DNA from: Gammaproteobacteria bacterium
GTDB lineage: Bacteria > Pseudomonadota > Gammaproteobacteria > JBIOEC01
Length of the DNA: 32,000 bases
Assembly: GCA_965279305.1 (NCBI GenBank)
Contig: OZ257143.1
Location: forward strand, 870,001 to 902,000
Direction: 5' to 3'
A program made the position numbers and the translations under genes. The notes beneath the pieces are model-generated. The model was not told the origin of the DNA, searched no databases, and saw only the letters and a list, made by a program, of their open reading frames with translations. Of the stretch, positions 7,268 through 15,362 are shown in pieces (positions within the stretch are counted from its first letter, which is position 1; every line of letters starts with the position of its first letter).

Positions 7268-8467
7268 TTATTCAGGTTGTCGAGTGCGGGGGCTACTGGA
7301 GCTGTCAGGGCTTTCTAAAGGTCTATCTAATCTCTCATCAGTAATTTCAATAGTTAATTTAGGTTTAGCAAATCTTGGTGTTGTTTTTATATCAGTAAGT
7401 AGTACAGCATTTTCTCCCATATCAGGGGGCATAAATTCAGCAGCATCCCCTTCCGATTGATGCTCTGATTCTTCTTCAGCTTGAATGACGGGAGCAGGTG
7501 CCTTCTTTGCTTCTTTAGATGCTTTTTCAACTTCGGCTAAAAAATATTTGGCTTTATCCGCAAAATAACCGTCTCTTTTTTCTTCTGTTTTTAGTGCGGC
7601 TATCGCGGCGTCTTTAAGATGAGCATATTTTTGGGGATCTAATACATATAGACAATAATTGGAAAGAGGAATGATTTCCTGCGCTTTATTAAAATAATAT
7701 TCGGCTTGTTGTTTTGAATCCGCTTCTGTATTTAAATAACGAACAGGTTCTCCATAATATTCGGGGTAAAGTAAATGTCCAGTATAAAGCTGTGCTAAGA
7801 AAAATGCTGCAATGGGATTGATAAGATCAATAGCTTTTTTAAGCATCGCTATTCCTTCATCAAAATTTATTTCTATATATGTAGATAAGCCAACATTTAA
7901 ATAGTTTCCTGTTGTTAATATATGCCCTAGTGCGCAGAGTACATTTTTATCTTTATATAAATTTTTATTGTTTTTAAGGAGTTCGGCGGCTCTTTTAGGA
8001 TCATACATATAACCTATGCCTTCCAGCATAAAGATCGCTCTCATATATTGGCCATATTCTTCTGCAGCCTCAAAATGCTTAATAGCTATCTCATATTCAC
8101 CGCTTTTCAATGATGAGTTATAACGGACTCGGGCAGCCTCTCCTAGTAAGTAATGAAGCTGTTTTTTTACATCACGATCAGTTTCATAGCATAAAGCATA
8201 GGTTAGTGCTTTTTGAGCGAATCTGGCATAGTTTCTGTCTTCTTTTGCAAATTCAGGTAAGTAATTTTTATAAAATGGATCTATTTTTTTACGATTAACC
8301 TCAACGTGAGATGTTAAGGCTAGATATCCTAGGGTTCCCCAATCTGCATCTTCAGGATTAAAATTGGCAGGTTCGAATTTAGATCCTTCACTCAAAAAAT
8401 GATCGGCGATTATAAAGCTCGTCTGACAACTGGGTTGCTTACCATTGAATATATCGTCTTTTGGCAT
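7268..8467 (-). CDS. Hypothetical alpha-helical repeat (TPR/Sel1-like) protein with acidic, disordered C-terminal tail
   Basis: 399-aa ORF. It has repeated helix-pair-like segments rich in A/Y/L/E-K, e.g. YEIAIKHFEAAEEYGQYMRAIFMLEGIGYMYDPKRAAELL and FDEGIAMLKKAIDLINPIAAFFLAQLY. The tail reads QAEEESEHQSEGDAAE...ESPDSSSSPRTRQPE. The family assignment is weak. Confidence 0.5.
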   Translation of the reverse strand: MPKDDIFNGKQPSCQTSFIIADHFLSEGSKFEPANFNPEDADWGTLGYLALTSHVEVNRKKIDPFYKNYLPEFAKEDRNYARFAQKALTYALCYETDRDVKKQLHYLLGEAARVRYNSSLKSGEYEIAIKHFEAAEEYGQYMRAIFMLEGIGYMYDPKRAAELLKNNKNLYKDKNVLCALGHILTTGNYLNVGLSTYIEINFDEGIAMLKKAIDLINPIAAFFLAQLYTGHLLYPEYYGEPVRYLNTEADSKQQAEYYFNKAQEIIPLSNYCLYVLDPQKYAHLKDAAIAALKTEEKRDGYFADKAKYFLAEVEKASKEAKKAPAPVIQAEEESEHQSEGDAAEFMPPDMGENAVLLTDIKTTPRFAKPKLTIEITDERLDRPLESPDSSSSPRTRQPE

Positions 8468-8593
8468 GATGGGCTCATTTATATATGGAATTAGTTAGCT
8501 AATTAAACCATATTTTGCCTTGTAAAGTCAATCCTGAAGGGCAAAAAGGGCGTATTCAGGGCATTTGGGGCGCTTTCGTGGGGGTGGAATGCA

Positions 8594-8602
8594 TGGTATA
8601 TT
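8594..8602 (+). promoter_or_regulatory. Candidate extended -10 promoter element (TGgTATATT) upstream of ppiD
   Basis: TGGTATATT matches the TGnTATAAT extended -10 pattern. It lies about 60 nt upstream of the ppiD ATG. The -35 element is poor. Confidence 0.25.
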
Positions 8603-8660
8603 GGCTTCTTTTCGGCACCCTGCTTATCTAAAAAAGCAGTGATACAAAAGGACTTTTACT

Positions 8661-10559
8661 ATGTTAGAAAGAATTCGCGAATCCACCAAGGGTTGGTTTG
8701 CTTGGCTTATAGTGGGGACATTGGCTGTGGTATTCGCCCTATGGGGTGTTTACGGCTATATGGGCGTTAATTCGGCCGAGTCTCAAATGGCTGTGACCGT
8801 AAATGGGCGGGATATTTCTCGTGCCGCAGTTGAGCGTTTAAGTCAGCAATTGCAGCTGACTGCTTCTGCTTCAGGAGAAACTGGTACCCCTGAGAGTTAT
8901 CGTGAAGAAGCGTTAGAGCAGCTGATTATGCAAACGCTATTAGTGCAAGATGCCAAAAAACATAAGTTTGTAGCCGATAAGCAACTTGTCGATAAGTTTT
9001 TATTAACCCAGCCTGAGTTTCAAGAAAACGGTGTGTTTTCTCCAGCACTCTTTGAAGAAATTGCGCAACGTAATGGTTTAGATCCTTATGATTTACGCAG
9101 CATTATTGCCGATGAAATTATTGTAGAGCAATTACGTGTAGGCGTTATGGCCAGTGCTTTTACTTTACCTAATGAAGTGAAACGTTTTTTAGCCTTACAA
9201 AATCAAACTCGCGATATTCAATTTATTACGTTTAGCTCTAAAAGTTTTGATGCCAACCGTGATATTTCTGAAGATGAAGTAAAAGCGTATTACGAAAGCA
9301 ATCAGCATAATTTCCAAGTGCCTGAAGAAGTGAGTATTGAATATATTGAGCTCACAGCAGCCGATGCGGAGAAAGGTGTGACGGTAACGAACGCTGATGT
9401 TCAAGCGTATTATGATCAAAACAAAGCAGCTTACACTACACCTGAGCAACGTCATGTACGTCATATTTTATTAGCCTTGCCTGCTGATGCTACGGTAGAG
9501 CAAACGAATAAAGTGATTGATCAAGGTGTGCAAATTATTAATAAAATTAAAGAAGGCGCTAATTTTTCGGCGTTGGCTTTAGAATATTCGACTGATACAT
9601 CAACCGCTGATAAAGGTGGTGATTTGGGTTGGGTATTGGCGGGTGTGTTGCCAGCAGAATTAGATAAATCAGTTTTTGCAGCCAAACAAAATGAAGTGAT
9701 TGGCCCAACGCTAACCCCTTACGGAATTGATATTGCACAAGTGGTAGGAATTAAACCGGTGCAAACGCAAGCCTTAAGCGCGGTAAGTGGTGCGATTATG
9801 CAACAATTAAAAGACCAACGCGTTCAGCAACATTTTATTGAAATGCAAGATGAATTAGCAACGCTGAGTTATGAAATTCCAGACTCTTTAAAAGAAGTGT
9901 CTGACACTTTGCAATTACCTATAAAAACCAGCGAGTTTTTTACGCGTGATAAAGGTGCCAATGATACGATTACACAATCAGCGAATGTGCGTGCAGAAGC
10001 ATTTAGTGATGTGGTGCTTAACGGTGAAAATAGCCCTGTATTATCTATTGGGCCTGAGCATGTAATTGTATTACGTATGCATGAGCATAAAGCCGCACAA
10101 ATTAAACCGTTGGATTCAGTGCGTGCGGGTATTGTGTATATGATTAAAACCGTTGAAGCACAAGAAAAATTACAAGCCGCATTAGATGCATGGGTGCCTG
10201 AATTAAGCAATGGCACGTTAACGCGTGATGAAGTAGCTAAACGTTTGAATGGGCAATGGTTATCTTCTGCTAAATTAGCGCGTACGCCTAGTGATAATGG
10301 TGTGCCAAAGATAGTGCACGATTATGCGTTTAATATGCAAAAACCTATTCCGCCTAAAGCGAGTTATGGTTGGTTACCTATGGATGGTAATCAATTTGCT
10401 ATCGTAGCGGTGGATCAAGTAAATCAAGGTGCTGTTGGCGATGAAAAAAGTACAGATTGGGTAGGCGCTACTACCGGATTAAAAATGTTACAACAGCAAG
10501 AAAGTTATATGGTGTATTTAGAGCAGTTGCGTAAGAATGCAGATATTAAATACCACTAA
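8661..10559 (+). CDS. ppiD: Periplasmic chaperone / peptidyl-prolyl cis-trans isomerase PpiD
   Basis: 632 aa. An N-terminal membrane anchor (WFAWLIVGTLAVVFALWGV) is followed by a SurA-N-like region. A central parvulin rotamase domain is present (RHVRHILLALP...FSALALEYSTDTSTADKGGDLGWV). Length and architecture are typical of PpiD. Confidence 0.9.
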   Translation: MLERIRESTKGWFAWLIVGTLAVVFALWGVYGYMGVNSAESQMAVTVNGRDISRAAVERLSQQLQLTASASGETGTPESYREEALEQLIMQTLLVQDAKKHKFVADKQLVDKFLLTQPEFQENGVFSPALFEEIAQRNGLDPYDLRSIIADEIIVEQLRVGVMASAFTLPNEVKRFLALQNQTRDIQFITFSSKSFDANRDISEDEVKAYYESNQHNFQVPEEVSIEYIELTAADAEKGVTVTNADVQAYYDQNKAAYTTPEQRHVRHILLALPADATVEQTNKVIDQGVQIINKIKEGANFSALALEYSTDTSTADKGGDLGWVLAGVLPAELDKSVFAAKQNEVIGPTLTPYGIDIAQVVGIKPVQTQALSAVSGAIMQQLKDQRVQQHFIEMQDELATLSYEIPDSLKEVSDTLQLPIKTSEFFTRDKGANDTITQSANVRAEAFSDVVLNGENSPVLSIGPEHVIVLRMHEHKAAQIKPLDSVRAGIVYMIKTVEAQEKLQAALDAWVPELSNGTLTRDEVAKRLNGQWLSSAKLARTPSDNGVPKIVHDYAFNMQKPIPPKASYGWLPMDGNQFAIVAVDQVNQGAVGDEKSTDWVGATTGLKMLQQQESYMVYLEQLRKNADIKYH

Positions 10560-10565
10560 GATGAG

Positions 10566-10585
10566 GCGCCCACTATAGTGGGCGC
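10566..10585 (+). terminator. GC-rich hairpin just after the ppiD stop (candidate terminator, no U-tract)
   Basis: GCGCCCAC (10566-10573), loop TATA, GTGGGCGC (10578-10585). This is a perfect 8-bp stem 7 nt after the stop codon, but it lacks a following T-run. Confidence 0.4.
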
Positions 10586-10730
10586 TCGCAATGACAATAA
10601 TTTCACCTTTTATCCTGTCTCCTGAATTGTAAAAGCCAATAATCAACAACTTCTAACGATCAGTTTATTATGTTAATATTAAGATTGAAAGACGCTCTAT
10701 TTGACACCTGAAACGTTATAGGTTACGCTA

Positions 10731-11009
10731 ATGATAAGGAACTTTATACACAAAGGTTTAAGTAAGTTTTACTTTACCGGAAGCCTTTCCGGCATTCAGC
10801 CCTCACATGCTCGGAAACTCAGTTTAATTTTGGCTCGTTTGGGAGCTATTGTAAGTCCAGAAGACATGAATTTACCTAGGTTTGATTTTCATGGTTTGAA
10901 AGGCGATAGAGAAGGTTCTTATTCAGTGGGTGTAAACAAAAATTGGCGGTTGGTATTTAAATTCGATGGCAAAGATCCATTCGATGTTGATTATTTAGAT
11001 TATCATTGA
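10731..11009 (+). CDS. higB: HigB-family (RelE/ParE superfamily) mRNA-interferase toxin
   Basis: 92 aa. The sequence [18 protein letters not shown]...IQPSHARKL...L...[34 protein letters not shown] matches the HigB 'plasmid maintenance system killer' pattern. The toxin-first gene order is typical of higBA. Confidence 0.85.
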   Translation: MIRNFIHKGLSKFYFTGSLSGIQPSHARKLSLILARLGAIVSPEDMNLPRFDFHGLKGDREGSYSVGVNKNWRLVFKFDGKDPFDVDYLDYH

Positions 11010-11019
11010 GGTTAATTAT

Positions 11020-11331
11020 ATGATGCATAATCCTCCTCATCCAGGAGTTTTTATTAGAGAAGTGTGTATAGAGCCATTAGGCTTAACTATTACACAAGCA
11101 GCAGATGCTTTAGGAGTTACCAGAAAAGCGCTTTCAGAGTTAGTAAATGGTAAGGCGGGCATTAGCCCGATGATGGCTTTACGATTGGCCAAGGCATTTA
11201 ATACCACCCCTGAAAGCTGGTTAGAGCAGCAGTTGCACTATGATTTATGGGTAGCTAAGCAAAAGAAACTTAACTTGAAAAAAGTTAAAGAACTTTGGAA
11301 ACACCATAAGCCAGACAAACATGCTGCTTAG
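11020..11331 (+). CDS. higA: HigA-family antitoxin (XRE-type helix-turn-helix)
   Basis: 103 aa. The sequence [62 protein letters not shown] is the canonical HigA/VapI HTH. It starts 10 nt after the higB stop. Confidence 0.85.
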   Translation: MMHNPPHPGVFIREVCIEPLGLTITQAADALGVTRKALSELVNGKAGISPMMALRLAKAFNTTPESWLEQQLHYDLWVAKQKKLNLKKVKELWKHHKPDKHAA

Positions 11332-12101
11332 AAACCGACTAAGTGGAAACCAGAATCTACATAAATTACATCGCCGGTGATCCCTGCTGCTAAATCAGAA
11401 CATAAGAATGCAGCGGTGTTACCTACATCTTCAATAGTAATATTGCGATGTAGCGGAACGATTTTTTCGTTTTCATCTAATAATTTGCGGAAGTCTTTAA
11501 TACCAGAAGCGGCGAGTGTGCGAATAGGGCCTGCAGAAATCGCGTTAATACGTATTCCTTTTTTGCCTAAGCTTACGGCTAAATATCTTACGTTGGCTTC
11601 TAAGCTGGCTTTTGCTAATCCCATTACGTTGTAATTGGTAATAGCGCGTTCAGCTCCGATATAGGTTAGTGTTAACAATGCACCATTGCGGCCTTCCATC
11701 ATGGGAGCACCCGCTTTTGCTAAAGCGGCTAAGCTGTAGCTGCTTACATCATGTGCAATGCGAAAACCTTCGCGGTTTACGCAATCTAAATAATCACCTT
11801 CAAGCTGATCAGCCGGTGCGTAAGCAATAGAGTGAATAATAATATCTAGGCCATCCCAATGTTCGCCTAATTGGGTAAATACGTTTTTAACATCGTCGTC
11901 GTTGCTCACATCGCATTTAAAAGTGAGTTTGCTATTCCATTCTGCGGCCATATCGTTTACACGGCCTGCAAAACGTTCGTCTTGATAGGTAAAAGCCAGC
12001 TCAGCACCCCAGTCATGCAACACTTTTGCTATGCCAAAAGCGATGGAACGGTTGCTAATTAATCCGGTGATTAGCGCTCTTTTGCCTTTTAAGAAACTCA
12101 T
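11328..12101 (-). CDS. fabI: Enoyl-[acyl-carrier-protein] reductase (NADH) FabI
   Basis: 257 aa. It has the SDR fold signature [21 protein letters not shown] plus SIAYAP...Y...[16 protein letters not shown] (catalytic Tyr/Lys region). It is full length relative to known FabI. Confidence 0.95.
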   Translation of the reverse strand: MSFLKGKRALITGLISNRSIAFGIAKVLHDWGAELAFTYQDERFAGRVNDMAAEWNSKLTFKCDVSNDDDVKNVFTQLGEHWDGLDIIIHSIAYAPADQLEGDYLDCVNREGFRIAHDVSSYSLAALAKAGAPMMEGRNGALLTLTYIGAERAITNYNVMGLAKASLEANVRYLAVSLGKKGIRINAISAGPIRTLAASGIKDFRKLLDENEKIVPLHRNITIEDVGNTAAFLCSDLAAGITGDVIYVDSGFHLVGF

Positions 12102-12123
12102 AGAATCCTCGCGTTTAATTAAA

Positions 12124-12159
12124 TCAGTGTTGTGATATTATATCGCAACTGATATCAGT
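12124..12159. promoter_or_regulatory. Nested palindromes in the fabI / ABC-operon divergent intergenic region (candidate operator)
   Basis: ACTGATATCAGT at 12148-12159 is a perfect 12-bp palindrome. ATCAGT(GT)GTTGTGATAT / ATATCGCAACTGAT (12124-12153) forms a longer imperfect inverted repeat. The hexamer ATCAGT or its complement occurs three times in 36 bp. Confidence 0.3.
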
Positions 12160-12186
12160 ATACCAATTAAGGGATTAAGGTATAAA

Positions 12187-14370
12187 ATGCAAGGTAAAGC
12201 ACTTATCAACGCAGTAATAAGGATATTAGGGGCAGCTGCCTTACTATCAAGCTTATCGGCTTGTGAAGATACCATATGGAATGATCCTTATCCTGAAGAC
12301 CAAGCTAAATCCAATACTCTCTATCTTTCTTTTTCAGATGCACCTAAACGTCTCGATCCTGCAACGGCTTATTTGGTAAATGAAACTCAAATTGTTAATC
12401 AAATTTATGAACCTCCACTGCAATATCATTATCTTTTACGTCCTTATGAATTAATTCCACAAACCTTAGCAAGTATGCCTACGGTTTATTATTTAGATGC
12501 GAGTGGAAATAAACTGGCTGATTCAGCACCGGCAGAGCAAGTGGCCTATACGGTATATGAGTTAACAATTCAACCCGATATTTATTATCAGCCTCATCCT
12601 GCTTTTGCTCAAAATGATAAAGGATATTATTTATATCATGGTTTAACGGATAAAGAATTATCAGGAAGATACACACTAAAAGATTTTCCTGAAGTAGGAA
12701 CTCGTACGCTAGAAGCCGGCGATTATGTTTATCAAATTAAACGTTTAGCAGCGCCTAATACTTCATCTCCTATTTTAGGGTTGATACGTCAGTATATTGT
12801 AGGTTTAGATGAATATGCGAATGAATTAAATAAAGTATTTAGTGAGCGCAGACATAATGGCGCTATTAATTTTATTGATCTTCGTGATTATCCATTAGAA
12901 GGGGCCGAAGTCGTTGATGAATCTACTTATCGTATTAAAATTCATGGTAAATATCCGCAATTTCAATATTGGTTAGCCATGCATTTTTTCGCACCTGTTC
13001 CTTGGGAAGCCGATGCGTTTTATGAACAGCCAGGATTGCACCAACATAATTTAACCTTGAATTGGTATCCTATAGGTACAGGGCCTTATCAATTAACCAT
13101 GAACGATCCGAATCGCCAAATGGAACTAGTAAAAAATCCTAATTATCACGGCGATACGTATCCAACCGAAGGCGAAACCGGTGATGAAGAAGCAGGATTA
13201 TTAGCACTCGCCGGACAAACATTGCCTTTTTTAGATCGCATTATTTATGGTTTAGATAAAGAAATGATCCCTCAATGGAATAAGTTTTTACAAGGCTATT
13301 ATGATTATTTGCGTTTAGGAACGGATACTTTTGAACAAGCCATACAAGTGGATGAAAAAGGTTTTTCCTTAACCCAAGAATTACAAGAAGAAGGTCTTGA
13401 ATTACAAATGCGCACCAGCGCTAGTGTTTATTATTGGGGATTTAATATGCTAGATCCTATTGTGGGTGGATATAGCAAAAAAGCACGCAATATACGTAAA
13501 GCCATTAGTTTGGCCGTGGATGTAGAAGAGTACGTGGCTATATTTGCGAATGGATTGGGTGTGGTAGCTAGAGGGCCAATTCCTCCAGAAATTTTTGGAT
13601 ATGAAGAGCAGCAATCAGTGGTGGAAAATAATCCCTTCTATCAAATGCAAAAAGAGCAGCGTTTAAATACCGCTAAAAAACTATTAGCGCAAGCAGGGTA
13701 TCCGAATGGGCGACATGCAAGAACAGGTGAGCCTTTAGTATTAGGTTACGATGTGGCCAGCACGGGAAGCCCTGATGATAAAGCACGATTTGGATGGTTA
13801 CGTAAACAATTAGATCAAATTGGTGTAGAAGTAGAAGTGAGAGCCACGCAATACTCGCGCTTCCAACAAAAAATGAGTAGCGGAGATATTCAAATTTTTT
13901 ATTGGACGTGGATAGGTGATTATCCCGATCCTGAAAATTTCTTATTCTTATTTTATGGCCCAAGCTCAGTGGCAAAAAATAGTGGTAATAATCGCAGTAA
14001 TTATCAGAATAAACAGTTTGATGCGTTATTTGAACAAATGCATAACATGGAAAATTCTCCTGAAAGAGCGGCTGTTATTAAAAAAATGGTGACCCTGCTC
14101 GATAAAGATTTACCATGGTTTGGTCAGTTTTATCCGCTCACTTTTATATTAACCCATGATTGGGTATCACCTACAAAACCCACAGATATGATCCGTAATA
14201 CGTTAAAGTACCAAAAAATTGACGCGGATAAACGCGCCGCAGAACGTTTACATTGGAACAAACCCTTTTTATGGCCTATTGCCATATTGTTAACTATTTT
14301 TATTATAGTGTTAATTCCTGTAGTGTTAAGCTACCATCGCCAACAGAATAGAAGAATGAAGGAAAAATAA
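12187..14370 (+). CDS. ABC transporter substrate-binding protein, family 5 (peptide/nickel type, YejA-like), with lipobox and C-terminal TM segment
   Basis: 727 aa. The N-terminal signal has a lipobox, LSSLSAC. The family-5 hallmark WYPIGTGPYQL is present. The C-terminal hydrophobic FLWPIAILLTIFIIVLIPVVLSY is followed by HRQQNRRMKEK. It is the first gene of an SBP-permease-permease-ATPase operon. Confidence 0.85.
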   Translation: MQGKALINAVIRILGAAALLSSLSACEDTIWNDPYPEDQAKSNTLYLSFSDAPKRLDPATAYLVNETQIVNQIYEPPLQYHYLLRPYELIPQTLASMPTVYYLDASGNKLADSAPAEQVAYTVYELTIQPDIYYQPHPAFAQNDKGYYLYHGLTDKELSGRYTLKDFPEVGTRTLEAGDYVYQIKRLAAPNTSSPILGLIRQYIVGLDEYANELNKVFSERRHNGAINFIDLRDYPLEGAEVVDESTYRIKIHGKYPQFQYWLAMHFFAPVPWEADAFYEQPGLHQHNLTLNWYPIGTGPYQLTMNDPNRQMELVKNPNYHGDTYPTEGETGDEEAGLLALAGQTLPFLDRIIYGLDKEMIPQWNKFLQGYYDYLRLGTDTFEQAIQVDEKGFSLTQELQEEGLELQMRTSASVYYWGFNMLDPIVGGYSKKARNIRKAISLAVDVEEYVAIFANGLGVVARGPIPPEIFGYEEQQSVVENNPFYQMQKEQRLNTAKKLLAQAGYPNGRHARTGEPLVLGYDVASTGSPDDKARFGWLRKQLDQIGVEVEVRATQYSRFQQKMSSGDIQIFYWTWIGDYPDPENFLFLFYGPSSVAKNSGNNRSNYQNKQFDALFEQMHNMENSPERAAVIKKMVTLLDKDLPWFGQFYPLTFILTHDWVSPTKPTDMIRNTLKYQKIDADKRAAERLHWNKPFLWPIAILLTIFIIVLIPVVLSYHRQQNRRMKEK

Positions 14371-15350
14371 TGTTTATTTATATTATTCGTCGCTTACTCT
14401 ATGCTATTCCCATTTTAATTGGGGTGAATATTATTACGTTTGGTTTATTCTTTATGGTCAACACGCCTGACGATATGGCGCGATTACACTTAGGCGAAAA
14501 ATATGTCACTCAAGTGGATATTGATAATTGGAAAGTTGCTAGGGGATATGATTTACCTTTGTTTTTTAATGAAGAGAAATCAGGCGTAAATACATTAATA
14601 GATACTTTGTTTGTTAAAAAAACAGTGGAGTTGTTTACTTTTAATTTTGGGGTATCTGATGCTGGCCGTGATATTGGTTATGATATTACCCAGCGTATGT
14701 GGCCTAGTTTATCCATTGCGGTTCCCACTTTAGTTTTAGGCTTGATTGTGAATATTAGTTTTGCGTTATTAATGATTTTTTTTAGAGGTACTTATATTGA
14801 TACCGCAGGCGTTATCGTGTGTGTGGCGATGTTGTCTATTTCCAGTTTGTTTTTCATTATTGGGATCCAGTATTTATTTGGTAAAGTCTGGCATTTAGCG
14901 CCTATTTCAGGCTATGCCGGCGGATGGATGAGCTTGAAATTTATAGCTTTACCTATTTTAGCCGGCATTATTGGCAGCATAGGCCATAATGCACGTTGGT
15001 ATCGTTCTATTTTTATTGAAGAACTGAATAAAGATTATGTGCGCACAGCAAGAGCCAAAGGTTTGCATGAATGGCAAGTGCTATTTGTGCACGTGTTAAA
15101 AAATGGCATGATTCCTATTTTAACCGGCGTTGTGGTGTTAATCCCCAGCTTGTTTTTAGGAAGCTTAATTATCGAATCATTTTTTGCTATACCCGGTTTA
15201 GGTAGTTACACCATTGATGCTATCAATACGCAAGATTTTGCGATTGTCAGAGCGATGGTATTTATAGGCGCTGTATTTTATATGGGCGGTCTTATTTTAA
15301 CGGATATCAGCTATGTATTAGTTGATCCTAGAATTAAACTACATAATTAA
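14370..15350 (+). CDS. ABC transporter permease (DppB/OppB/YejB-type)
   Basis: 326 aa and polytopic. It has the EAA-loop region EELNKDYVRTARAKGL, characteristic of DppB/OppB-type permeases. Its start overlaps the SBP stop (TAATG). Confidence 0.88.
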   Translation: MFIYIIRRLLYAIPILIGVNIITFGLFFMVNTPDDMARLHLGEKYVTQVDIDNWKVARGYDLPLFFNEEKSGVNTLIDTLFVKKTVELFTFNFGVSDAGRDIGYDITQRMWPSLSIAVPTLVLGLIVNISFALLMIFFRGTYIDTAGVIVCVAMLSISSLFFIIGIQYLFGKVWHLAPISGYAGGWMSLKFIALPILAGIIGSIGHNARWYRSIFIEELNKDYVRTARAKGLHEWQVLFVHVLKNGMIPILTGVVVLIPSLFLGSLIIESFFAIPGLGSYTIDAINTQDFAIVRAMVFIGAVFYMGGLILTDISYVLVDPRIKLHN

Positions 15351-15362
15351 AAAGGATAAACA

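Noticed and set aside
8620-8639. Small hairpin CTGCTT-N8-AAGCAG in the ppiD leader
   Set aside because: It has only a 6-bp AT-containing stem and no U-tract, and no upstream gene on that strand to terminate. It is too weak to call a terminator or riboswitch.
10673-10680. TTAATATT upstream of higB resembling a PmrA (Legionella/Coxiella effector regulator) half-site; similar TAATTATTAATAT at 29204-29216 upstream of the Smr-Sel1 gene
   Set aside because: The described PmrA site is a tandem repeat of the octamer with fixed spacing. Here only single or mis-spaced copies occur in AT-rich DNA, where such strings are expected by chance.
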